Origin: Clostridia bacterium
GTDB lineage: Bacteria > Bacillota > Clostridia > UBA1381 > UBA9506
Assembly: GCA_045576235.1 (NCBI GenBank)
Contig: JAZNGA010000030.1
Location: 1 to 64,000 of the forward strand
Direction of reading: 5' to 3'
DNA: 64,000 nt
The first letter of the stretch is position 1. The number at the start of each line of letters is the position of its first letter. Both the position numbers and the translations under genes were made by a program. Shown piece after piece: positions 8,975 to 18,163 of the stretch. Under the pieces are notes generated by a model that was not told the origin of the DNA, did not search any database, and saw only the letters and a program-made list of their open reading frames with translations.

Positions 8975-9310
8975 ATGAAAAAATTATTAGCTATTTTATT
9001 GTCACTCACATTGGTGCTATCATTAGCTGCATGTGGCGAAAAAGTTGAAGTAACACCAGACTATGATGTTGTTGCATTTGAGCAAGCACTCAATAATGGG
9101 GAGAATCTTACTGGTAAAACTGTGGCGGTTACAGTAAATGAACTTGTCCCAAATAGTGCGTTTGGATACAACATTCAAGCCGGAGAACATTTGAACTTTT
9201 GCTCTCCGGATAACCCCAATGTTAAAGTTGGTGATACAATAACAGTAAAAGTCGGAGAAGTAACATCCATGCTTGGCTCATATATTATTAGTTATGAAAT
9301 GGTAAAATAG
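8975..9310 (+). CDS. Lipoprotein
   Basis: Signal peptide with LAAC lipobox. Ribosome-binding site aaaagggg. Confidence 0.6.
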   Translation: MKKLLAILLSLTLVLSLAACGEKVEVTPDYDVVAFEQALNNGENLTGKTVAVTVNELVPNSAFGYNIQAGEHLNFCSPDNPNVKVGDTITVKVGEVTSMLGSYIISYEMVK

Positions 9311-9596
9311 TAGCCAGTATCTATTTTACTAATAAACTTGTCATCTAAACCATTTGGCTTTTTTCAGCTAAATTGACTGCGGTAGCTAAATGTGCTTCGC
9401 ACACTTTTGGTGAATTTAATTTAGCTACTCCAAAGGAGTTGTTTAGCTATTGAACGAAGTGAGATAATTTCGTTTTGCAACTCGTTGCAAAATTTAGCTT
9501 AAATTATTTGTCATCAAAACTATTCTGCCCACCAGAAAAAAGCACTTCATACGAAGTGTTTTTTTTAATAAAATCCTTTTTTTAAAACAAGTAGCA

Positions 9597-10895
9597 TTAT
9601 TTTAAATCATCGGTTGAAGGGTTATCTATAAGCTTTCCGCTGTTTTCAAAGCGAGAGCCGTGACATGGACAATCCCATGTGTGTTCATTTTTGTTCCATT
9701 TAAGAGCGCATCCGAGGTGGGGACACCGCTTTTTTGTCGGAGTTATCAGATTGTAGGTGGTTTCTAAAATGTTTTTTCCGAGTTGAGCCGTAAAGATGTT
9801 TCTTTGAGGTGAGAAAAGTTCGGCAAATTCGTTTTTCTTTCCGTTTATTATGTCGAGAAGGATAGTTGCAGAAAGCATAGATGAAGTCATGCCCCATTTA
9901 TTAAATCCTGTTGCAACATATAGGTTCGGTGTGTGCTTTGAATATTGTCCGATATATGCAATGCCGTCAAGGCTCATACAGTCTTGAGTTGCCCAATGGT
10001 GTTTAAGCTCTGAATGAGGATAATATTTTTTAGCAAAATTGTCGAGCGGTTTCCAAGCAAGGCTGTTTTTTCCTGTTCTGTGGCTGTTGCCGCCAATAAG
10101 AAGAGTGTCGCCATAACTCCTGAATGAAAACCCGTATTTTGATTCATCAATATACACATCGTTAAGAATTTCCGCGTTTTTAAATGCAGAAACATATGAG
10201 CGCTCTTGATAAAGTTTTAAAAAATAAGCTCCGTGTTTGTTTATAAACGGAAAATGAGTGGTGACTATTGCTTTGTCATATTTTATCGGGAAACTGTTTG
10301 TTATTGCTCTTTGCGGCAAGAGTTCATAAACAAATGTGTTTTCATATATATCAAGCCCGCGTGAGATTTCAGAAATAAATTTCAAGGGATTAAACTGAGC
10401 CTGATTTTCAAAACCGAGAGCTCCCTCAATCTTAAAAGGCAATTCAATTTCTTTTGTAAATATGGCATTAAAGCCTATCTGGTTAAGAGCGTTTATTTCG
10501 TTTTCTATTTTGCTTCTGTCATTACGCGAATAAACATATGAGCGGCACTTTTTAAAATCACAGTCGAGATTTTCGCAAAGCCTTTCATAGCTTGCTATGG
10601 CTGATTGATGTGCTGCAAAATAAAGCTGTGCATTGGAAACCCCTTTCTTTTGTAAAAGCTTTGAATAAATAAGTCCGTGTTGAGAAGTTATTTTTGCAGT
10701 TGTGTTTTTCGTTATTCCCGATGCTATTGTTTTTCCTTCGACTAAAACGCAGTCTATTCCTGATTTTTTCAGGAAATAAGCGCATAAAATGCCGCAAAGA
10801 CCTCCGCCAACAACTAAGACATCTGTTTTGATTTCTCTGTTAAGTTTTTTGTGCTTGCTGATTTCGATGGTATTCTCCCAAATGGATTTTTTCAT
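9597..10895 (-). CDS. FAD-dependent oxidoreductase with C-terminal Rieske [2Fe-2S] domain
   Basis: N-terminal GxGxxG (VLVVGGGLCG) and C-terminal CPHLGC...CPCHGS Rieske motif. Ribosome-binding site ggaggag. Confidence 0.6.
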   Translation of the reverse strand: MKKSIWENTIEISKHKKLNREIKTDVLVVGGGLCGILCAYFLKKSGIDCVLVEGKTIASGITKNTTAKITSQHGLIYSKLLQKKGVSNAQLYFAAHQSAIASYERLCENLDCDFKKCRSYVYSRNDRSKIENEINALNQIGFNAIFTKEIELPFKIEGALGFENQAQFNPLKFISEISRGLDIYENTFVYELLPQRAITNSFPIKYDKAIVTTHFPFINKHGAYFLKLYQERSYVSAFKNAEILNDVYIDESKYGFSFRSYGDTLLIGGNSHRTGKNSLAWKPLDNFAKKYYPHSELKHHWATQDCMSLDGIAYIGQYSKHTPNLYVATGFNKWGMTSSMLSATILLDIINGKKNEFAELFSPQRNIFTAQLGKNILETTYNLITPTKKRCPHLGCALKWNKNEHTWDCPCHGSRFENSGKLIDNPSTDDLK

Positions 10896-11026
10896 TATAA
10901 CTCCTCCAATTCATATTGATATTTTGCCCAATTAATATGAAGAATATTTTTTGCGCATTTACATGTGCAAATTATTGGTATGTTAAATTTGATTGAAAAT
11001 TATTATGATGTTTGGTAAATTATTTC

Positions 11027-11055
11027 TTGATTTTAGCATATTTATATGATATAAT
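11027..11055 (+). promoter_or_regulatory. sigma-70-like promoter for lysC (TTGATT-17-TATAAT)
   Basis: Hexamers at 11027-11032 and 11050-11055. Perfect palindrome aaatgcaa-tt-ttgcattt at 11073-11090 between the promoter and the ribosome-binding site. Confidence 0.5.
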
Positions 11056-11118
11056 GTCAAAGGTGCTTAAGAAAATGCAATTTTGCATTTGATATATATT
11101 AAAATTGGGAGGGTTAAA

Positions 11119-12330
11119 ATGAGTCTAATTGTTCAGAAATTCGGAGGCTCATCTGTTGCTGATGCAAAGCGCGTGTTTAATGTTGCAGGCATCATAACAG
11201 ATACATATAAAGAAGGAAATGATGTCGTTGTTGTAGTTTCAGCTCAGGGCGACACAACTGATGATTTAATCGAAAAGGCAAAAGAGATTAATCCTCAGGC
11301 ATCAAAAAGAGAAATGGATATGCTCTTGTCATCTGGTGAGCAGATTTCTGCTTCACTTTTGGCTATGGCGATTGAAAAACTCGGTTTTCCTGTTGTTTCA
11401 ATGACAGGTTGGCAGGCAGGTATCACAACAGATTCAAACCATTCGAGTTCAAGAATCAGAAAAATTAATCCTGAGCGCATCAAAAACGAGCTTGACCAGA
11501 AGAGAATCGTAATCGTCACAGGCTTTCAGGGTGTGAGCAAATATGATAACATAACAACTCTCGGCCGTGGGGGCTCTGACACATCTGCTGTTGCGCTTGC
11601 CGCAGCTTGTCACGCAGACCTCTGTGAGATATACACAGATGTTGACGGCGTTTACACGACAGACCCGAGAATCGTGCCTGAGGCTAAAAAACTTGACGAA
11701 ATCACATTTGACGAAATGCTTGAGCTTGCAAGCTTAGGTGCAAATGTTCTTCATAATCGTTCGGTTGAAATGGCTAAAAAATATAATGTGAATTTATGCG
11801 TGCGTTCTTCTCTCACAAGAGCAGAAGGAACTGTTGTTAAGGAGGTTGTAAACATGGAAAAAATGATGGTAAGAGGCGTTGCTAAGGATTGCGATGTTGC
11901 AAGAATTTCACTTGTTGGAATTGAGGACACACCCGGAAAGGCTTTCAAAATTTTCTCGCTTTTAGCTAAACACAATATTAATGTTGATATAATTTTACAG
12001 TCAATCGGCAGAAACAATAAAAAAGACATAAGCTTCACTGTTTCTCAGACTAAAGTTGAAGAAGCTGTTGAATTAATCAAGGCAAACAAAGACAGCATCG
12101 GTTTTGAAGATTTCAGCTTCACAACAGATGTTTCAAAGGTTTCAATTGTCGGCGCAGGTATGGTAACTAATCCCGGCGTTGCAGCAAAGATGTTTGAGGC
12201 ATTATATGAGGCGCACATCAATATTCATATGATTGCGACATCTGAAATCAAAGTTTCTGTTCTCATTGATGAAGGTCTTGAGCAGAAAGCCGTTAAAGCT
12301 CTTCACGACAAGTTTGAGCTTGCTCTTTAA
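11119..12330 (+). CDS. lysC: Aspartate kinase
   Basis: IVQKFGGSS N-terminus and two C-terminal ACT domains. Ribosome-binding site gggaggg. Strong terminator at 12337-12362. Confidence 0.85.
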   Translation: MSLIVQKFGGSSVADAKRVFNVAGIITDTYKEGNDVVVVVSAQGDTTDDLIEKAKEINPQASKREMDMLLSSGEQISASLLAMAIEKLGFPVVSMTGWQAGITTDSNHSSSRIRKINPERIKNELDQKRIVIVTGFQGVSKYDNITTLGRGGSDTSAVALAAACHADLCEIYTDVDGVYTTDPRIVPEAKKLDEITFDEMLELASLGANVLHNRSVEMAKKYNVNLCVRSSLTRAEGTVVKEVVNMEKMMVRGVAKDCDVARISLVGIEDTPGKAFKIFSLLAKHNINVDIILQSIGRNNKKDISFTVSQTKVEEAVELIKANKDSIGFEDFSFTTDVSKVSIVGAGMVTNPGVAAKMFEALYEAHINIHMIATSEIKVSVLIDEGLEQKAVKALHDKFELAL

Positions 12331-12393
12331 TTTAAAAAAATTAAAAAGGGATGTATTTTTACATCCCTTTATTTTTTCATGGGAGAATTTGTT

Positions 12394-12954
12394 ATGACAA
12401 ATGTTGAACTTTTATTAATAGCAATAGGGCTTTCGATGGACGCGTTTGCAGTTTCTGTTTCGCAGGCACTGACAGCGCCCAACTTTAAAAAGCTTGATGC
12501 TCTTAAATTTGGCATATTCTTCGGTGGATTTCAGGCTTTGATGCCGTTTTTGGGATGGATTTTCGGAAACCTTTTCAGCGAATATGTCGTGGCGATAGAC
12601 CATTGGGTAGCCTTTGTGCTTTTGGGCTACATCGGAGTCAAGATGATACTTGATGCGACGGTTTTAAAGGATGAGGAAAACGCTAAAGCTCTCAGCATAA
12701 AGCTTCTGATAGTGCTCGCGTTTGCGACAAGCATTGATGCGCTTGCTGTCGGGGTTTCCTTTGCATTTATGAATGTTAGCATAGTGAAAAGTGTTGTGAT
12801 TATCGGACTGACAACCTTTGTTCTTTCGCCGATAGGTGCGCTTCTGGGCAAGAAAATCGGTTCGGCCATGGGAGATAAGGCGCAAATTTTAGGCGGAGCA
12901 ATCCTTATCATTATGGGAACTAACATTTTAATCCAGCATTTGTTTGGAAAATAA
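12394..12954 (+). CDS. mntP: Manganese efflux pump MntP
   Basis: LSMDAFAVS motif and duplicated 3-TM halves, ~187 aa. Confidence 0.7.
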   Translation: MTNVELLLIAIGLSMDAFAVSVSQALTAPNFKKLDALKFGIFFGGFQALMPFLGWIFGNLFSEYVVAIDHWVAFVLLGYIGVKMILDATVLKDEENAKALSIKLLIVLAFATSIDALAVGVSFAFMNVSIVKSVVIIGLTTFVLSPIGALLGKKIGSAMGDKAQILGGAILIIMGTNILIQHLFGK

Positions 12955-13247
12955 AAACTGCCTCCACTTTTGAGAGAAAGCCTTTGACAAAAAATTTTTA
13001 TCCAGTCTTGACACAAATCTATAAAGAATGTCGAATGTTGCCGAAAAAAAAGCCTTCCCCTTGAGGGAAAGGTGAGTTGCGAAGCAACTCGGATGAGGTG
13101 GAAAAGAATACCGATTGCTTTCGCAATCCACAACTCACCACCGCCTACGGCGGAGCCTCTCGAAAAGAGAGAAGCCTTTGAGGGTGCAACTAAACCTTAT
13201 GTCTCGCAATAGAGAAATGTCGATGCTTATCGAAAGGAAAGTTAATA

Positions 13248-14240
13248 ATGAATTATAACCCTAATCAAAAAAGGTATGAAGATATTGAATATAAAAAATG
13301 TGGCGAAAGCGGACTGAAACTTCCTGCTGTATCGCTGGGATTGTGGCATAATTTTGGAGATAATGACGATTTTGAAAATATGCGCAAGATGTGCTTTGCT
13401 GCTTTTGATAAAGGCATAACACATTTTGATTTGGCAAATAATTATGGACCTGTTGCGGGAAGTGCCGAAACTAATTTTGGTAAAATAATAAACAGTGATT
13501 TAAAGGACTATCGTGATGAATTGATAATCAGCACAAAGGCTGGATATTATATGTGGCCCGGTCCATACGGCGAGTGGGGAAGCAGAAAATACTTAACAGC
13601 GAGTCTTGACCAAAGCCTTAAAAGATTGAATGTTGACTATGTTGACATTTTCTATCATCACAGAATGGACCCTGACACACCGCTTTATGAGACAATGTGG
13701 GCGCTTGACAGCATAGTGAAAAGAGGAAAGGCGCTTTATGTAGGATTGTCAAATTATGACGGAGAAACGATGGAAAAAGCAGCAGATATTCTTGAAAAGC
13801 TGCACTGTCCTTTTATAATCAATCAAAACAGATATTCTATTTTCGACAGAACTGTTGAAAAAAACGGACTTATTGAAAGTGCGATAGCAAAAAAGAAAGG
13901 CTTGATTGCTTTCAGTCCTCTGGCACAGGGACTTCTTACTGACCGATATTTAGAAGGCGTCCCGGAAGATAGCAGAGTGAGGAAAGACGGCAGATTCTTG
14001 AATGAAAACTCTCTGTCTGAGGAAGTGTTGAAAAAAATCAGCGCTTTAAATGAAATGGCAAAAAACAGAGGACAAACTTTAGCACAAATGGCGCTTTCAT
14101 GGGTGTATAGTCACGAAGGGGTCACGAGTGTCTTGATTGGGGCTTCAAAACCCGAACAAATACTGCAAAATCTTAAAATGACAGACAACCTTAATTTCAC
14201 AGACGAAGAATATGAGCAAATTGACTCGATAGTTCTTTAA
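13248..14240 (+). CDS. Aldo/keto reductase (YghZ/Tas-like)
   Basis: 330 aa with AKR motifs (HFDLANNYGP, STKAGY, IINQNRYSIF). Confidence 0.75.
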   Translation: MNYNPNQKRYEDIEYKKCGESGLKLPAVSLGLWHNFGDNDDFENMRKMCFAAFDKGITHFDLANNYGPVAGSAETNFGKIINSDLKDYRDELIISTKAGYYMWPGPYGEWGSRKYLTASLDQSLKRLNVDYVDIFYHHRMDPDTPLYETMWALDSIVKRGKALYVGLSNYDGETMEKAADILEKLHCPFIINQNRYSIFDRTVEKNGLIESAIAKKKGLIAFSPLAQGLLTDRYLEGVPEDSRVRKDGRFLNENSLSEEVLKKISALNEMAKNRGQTLAQMALSWVYSHEGVTSVLIGASKPEQILQNLKMTDNLNFTDEEYEQIDSIVL

Positions 14241-14355
14241 AGGTGATGGCAAGAGGGCTTTGCAAGGGGACAAACTTTTTGTCCTGAATGGAATTGCTCT
14301 ATAGACAGCTTTGTTATATAGAAAAAAATTTTACCATAAAGAAGGAGGGAAAAAT

Positions 14356-15201
14356 ATGTCTTATAAAAAACTCAGTGGATTTTCAGATGAAATATCAAGT
14401 GATATAAATGAACAGTTCAGGGTTTTAAATAAATTTAATATGTCATATTTTGAGCCAAGAGGAATTGACGGGAAAAACATTTCAGAGCTTGACAGAGAAG
14501 AAGCTTTGGCTTTAAAAAAGAGAATGGACGATGCAGGCATCAAAGCATCATCAATCGGCTCGCCTGTCGGCAAAATTAAAATCACAGAGGATTTTGAAGA
14601 ACATTTTGAAATGTTTAAAAGAGTTGTCGAAACAGCAAAAATACTCGGTTCAAAATTTATAAGAATGTTTAGTTTTTATGCTGACGGAGAATGGGATGAG
14701 GAAAAGAAAAGCGAAGCTTTTTCAAGAATTGAAAAAATGCTTTCTTATGCAAAGGAGCAGGATGTGATTTTGCTTCACGAAAACGAGAAAGACATTTTCG
14801 GCGACACTAAAGAGAAATGTCTCCTTCTTGCTGAAAGATTTGCCTGCGATAATTTTAAACTTGTTTTTGACCCTGCAAATTTTGTGCAGTGTGGAGAAAA
14901 CACAAAAGAAGCCTTTGACTTGCTCAAAAACTATGTCGGCTATCTTCACATAAAGGACTCAAAAACGGATGGAACAATCGTTCCTGCAGGGGCAGGTGAG
15001 GGTAACATTCCATATGTTATATCAGAGCTGTTTAAAAATGGTTATGACGGATTTATCAGCTTAGAGCCCCATCTCGGAACCTTTGAGGGATTGGCTGACC
15101 TTGAGCTTGATGATAAAATGCTCTCTCTTCCAAAAGGAGGAGAAGGAACATTTTCGCTTGCTTATGATGAACTGAACAAAATTATTAAAAAAATAATATA
15201 A
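14356..15201 (+). CDS. Sugar phosphate isomerase/epimerase (xylose-isomerase-like TIM barrel)
   Basis: TIM-barrel family features (LLHENE, SLEPHLG). Ribosome-binding site gaaggaggg. Confidence 0.55.
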   Translation: MSYKKLSGFSDEISSDINEQFRVLNKFNMSYFEPRGIDGKNISELDREEALALKKRMDDAGIKASSIGSPVGKIKITEDFEEHFEMFKRVVETAKILGSKFIRMFSFYADGEWDEEKKSEAFSRIEKMLSYAKEQDVILLHENEKDIFGDTKEKCLLLAERFACDNFKLVFDPANFVQCGENTKEAFDLLKNYVGYLHIKDSKTDGTIVPAGAGEGNIPYVISELFKNGYDGFISLEPHLGTFEGLADLELDDKMLSLPKGGEGTFSLAYDELNKIIKKII

Positions 15202-15219
15202 AGAAAAGGGGTTTTAAAA

Positions 15220-16176
15220 ATGAAAGCTGTAATTGTTGGATTTGGTGCAATCGGTCCTGCTCATGCTAAAGCTATCGATGCAATTGACGAGGTGACGCTC
15301 TATGGCGTTTGCGACATCATCAAAGAACGCGCAGACAAAGGAGCGGAAGAATATGGCGTTAAGGCATTTTACGATTATGACGACTGCTTAAATGATGAAA
15401 ATGTTGACTATGTTCACATTTGCACGCCGCATTATCTTCACTTTGAAATGATAACAAAGGCGCTTGATAAAGGAAAACGAGTTGTTGTTGAAAAGCCTGC
15501 CGTTATGAAAAAGGAAGAGCTCGACATTTTATTTGAAAAATATGATGTGACAAAGGTTTTCCCGATAATCCAGAACAGAACAAACACAACAATAGAGGAA
15601 ATCAAGCGCATCAGCGAAGAAGAAAAGCTCGGCACTCCTGTTTGCGTTAAAGGAATTTTGACATGGCATAAAGACGATGTATATTATAATTCAGGCGCAT
15701 GGAGAGGAACAAATGAGTTTGAAGGCGGCGGAGTGCTCATTAATCAGGCGCTTCACACGCTTGACCTCATGATGTATTTTGCAGGAAGAGCAAAAAATGT
15801 TAAAGCGATGATGGCTAACTTCTCTCTTGAAAATGTTATCGAAGTCGAAGACACCTTATCTGCCTTCATTGAATATGAAAACGGAGCGACAGGACTTTTG
15901 TTTGCATCAAACGCTTATGGTGTTAATTCAGCTGTTGAATTTGAAGTTGTCTATGAAAATGACTGCTTCTCAGTCAAAGACGGAAACCTCTACAGAAACG
16001 GGGAGTATCTCTGCTGCAATTCTGATGAATATGTGATAAAGAAATATTGGGGCAGAGGCCACATAAGAACGCTTTCTGACTTATATTCAAGAGGCTCTAA
16101 GCTTTGCCTTCGCGATGTGAAAAATACTCATGATGCGCTCTTTGCAATATATGAAAGTGCAAAGGCAAAGTTTTAA
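15220..16176 (+). CDS. Gfo/Idh/MocA-family NAD(P)-dependent oxidoreductase
   Basis: N-terminal Rossmann VIVGFGAIGPAHAKAI and EKP motif. Confidence 0.65.
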   Translation: MKAVIVGFGAIGPAHAKAIDAIDEVTLYGVCDIIKERADKGAEEYGVKAFYDYDDCLNDENVDYVHICTPHYLHFEMITKALDKGKRVVVEKPAVMKKEELDILFEKYDVTKVFPIIQNRTNTTIEEIKRISEEEKLGTPVCVKGILTWHKDDVYYNSGAWRGTNEFEGGGVLINQALHTLDLMMYFAGRAKNVKAMMANFSLENVIEVEDTLSAFIEYENGATGLLFASNAYGVNSAVEFEVVYENDCFSVKDGNLYRNGEYLCCNSDEYVIKKYWGRGHIRTLSDLYSRGSKLCLRDVKNTHDALFAIYESAKAKF

Positions 16177-16197
16177 TGCAAAAAGCAGCTCAATAAA

Positions 16198-16265
16198 GAT
16201 ATTGAAAAAATTATAAAAATATTGAAAAAATTATAAAGATATTGAAAAATTATAAAAATATTGGC
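16198..16265. repeat. ~3.4 tandem copies of a 20-bp AT-rich unit (gatattgaaaaaattataaa)
   Basis: Directly visible; lies in the promoter region of the first GH3 gene. Confidence 0.85.
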
Positions 16266-16356
16266 AAAAACTATTGATTTTTATGCTTAAATAATATATA
16301 ATTTATGCGAAACCTATGCTTAACAAAAAAAGAGAACATAATTGAGGAAAATTTTA

Positions 16357-18081
16357 ATGAAAAAACCATTGTTATCAGAAATGACATTAAGAGAAAAAAT
16401 CGGGCAGATGCTTGCACCGATGCATTTTGATGTTTACGGTAAGCCTGAAATGACATATGACTATTCTCAGAGCAACATGGATGAGGTTAAGGCTCTCTAT
16501 GCAAAAGAGCAGTTTGGCGTTATCCGAGGTGAGCAGGTTGGCGTTTTCTTTGCAGACCCTGAAAACGGAGGAAAGCCTGAAATGATTGAAGACCGTGATG
16601 AAGGTCTTCGTCTGGCTAATTGCAAAATTAAAGTGGAAGCTGCGCCCTATAAGAAGTTCATAGAAAAGCATAACACATATGGAAAAGTTCCGATGCTTGT
16701 CGGCGGCGACTTTTCTGTTGGTGGCGCATATTATTTTTCAGACAGCTCACTTATGGTAAATGCTAATGCTGTTGCAGCTGCAGACTCAGAAGAGCTGACT
16801 TTCCAGCTCGGTGCTGCGATTGCCCGCCAGATGAGATGCACAGGTCACAACTGGAAATGGTCTCCTCCTGTTGATATGTCAAACAGAAATAACACTCATT
16901 GCATGAGAACATTCTCATTAGATGACCCTGAACTCACAATCAAGCATTCAAAAGCATACATAGACGGAATTCAGTCTGAAGGCGTTGCAGCTTGCGTGAA
17001 GCATTTCCCGAGCGTTTCAAGTGACGAGGCAAGAGACGGTCACATATCATGTCAGACAAACAACGACAGCATGGAAAAATGGTGGAGCGTTCAGGGCAGA
17101 GTTTATAAAGAAATCATTGATGCAGGGGTTTATTCAGTCATGACAAGCCACGCGTCGTTCCCTGCAGCTGATGACAGAATGATCAACGGAAGATATGTTC
17201 CTTCGACAATCTCCAAAAAGATAATAACAGACCTCTTAAAAGGCGAGCTTGGCTTTAAAGGCGTTGTTTCAACAGACGGAATCGGAATGGCAAACTTCTT
17301 CACGATTCTACCTTATGAAGAGCTTGTCATAGAAATGGTTAACGCCGGAAACGACATCATCTTAGGCGCTAAGCTTCCGACAGGTGACATAATTGAAGCA
17401 GCTGTTAAAGACGGAAGAATTTCAGAAGAGAGAATTGACGATGCTTGTCAGCGTGTTCTTGACATGAAAGAAAAAATCGGCTTGTTTGACGAAAGCTACT
17501 ATGACATTCCTTACACAATGGCAGAAGCAGTGGCTGACACAGACAGAATAAGCACAGAAATTGCAAAAAGAAGCATCACAGTAATTCGTGACAACAATAA
17601 GCTTCTTCCGCTTGATAAGAAAAACATTAAAAAGGTTTCTGTCATCATTTCAACTCATGCAGAAGGCTTTATCAGTGAGATTGAAGAGCTTAGAAAAGCG
17701 TTTAATAAGCGCGGCATAGAAGTCTTCATGAAGCGCCGCTTAGATAATGGGATTGAGCTTGAAGGAATTGCAGATTCAAGCGATTTAATCATCTATGCAG
17801 TTGATATTCATCCGCACGGACCTGCAGGCTATTTAAGACTTTTCGGCGACGAAGCCTTCACATATTACCACGCGTTTAAATTCGGTAAAGAAAAATCGCT
17901 CGGCGTTTCGTTTGGCTATCCATATGTTCACTATGACAGCATGGAAGGCGCACCGACATTCATAAACGCATATAATCCGAGAAAAGAGACGATGGAAGCG
18001 TTTGTTGCAGCAATTTTAGGTGAAATCCCGATTGTCGGCAAATCGCCTCTTAGCATAATTCCAAAAGCAAACACAAGATAA
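16357..18081 (+). CDS. Glycoside hydrolase family 3 (beta-hexosaminidase/beta-glucosidase-like), paralog 1
   Basis: KHFPS...ARDGH and GFKGVVSTDGIGM resemble GH3 catalytic motifs. 574 aa. Confidence 0.6.
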   Translation: MKKPLLSEMTLREKIGQMLAPMHFDVYGKPEMTYDYSQSNMDEVKALYAKEQFGVIRGEQVGVFFADPENGGKPEMIEDRDEGLRLANCKIKVEAAPYKKFIEKHNTYGKVPMLVGGDFSVGGAYYFSDSSLMVNANAVAAADSEELTFQLGAAIARQMRCTGHNWKWSPPVDMSNRNNTHCMRTFSLDDPELTIKHSKAYIDGIQSEGVAACVKHFPSVSSDEARDGHISCQTNNDSMEKWWSVQGRVYKEIIDAGVYSVMTSHASFPAADDRMINGRYVPSTISKKIITDLLKGELGFKGVVSTDGIGMANFFTILPYEELVIEMVNAGNDIILGAKLPTGDIIEAAVKDGRISEERIDDACQRVLDMKEKIGLFDESYYDIPYTMAEAVADTDRISTEIAKRSITVIRDNNKLLPLDKKNIKKVSVIISTHAEGFISEIEELRKAFNKRGIEVFMKRRLDNGIELEGIADSSDLIIYAVDIHPHGPAGYLRLFGDEAFTYYHAFKFGKEKSLGVSFGYPYVHYDSMEGAPTFINAYNPRKETMEAFVAAILGEIPIVGKSPLSIIPKANTR

Positions 18082-18163
18082 TTTTAAATTAAATGAGAAA
18101 ATCTCCCTTGTCTTAAAGCAAGGGAGATTTTTAGCAAGAAAGAACATAATGGAGGAAGACTTT

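Noticed and set aside
10896-11118. Looked for a lysine (L-box) riboswitch upstream of lysC
   Set aside because: The leader is short, AT-rich, and lacks the conserved L-box helices; a promoter plus palindrome is a better description.
12331-12393. Looked for a yybP-ykoY Mn riboswitch upstream of mntP
   Set aside because: The interval is only ~60 nt and consists of the lysC terminator hairpin (gggatgtatttttacatccc plus T-run); there is no room for an aptamer.
16198-16265. Possible CRISPR array
   Set aside because: Unit is 20 bp with no intervening unique spacers; it is a simple tandem repeat, and no cas genes are nearby.
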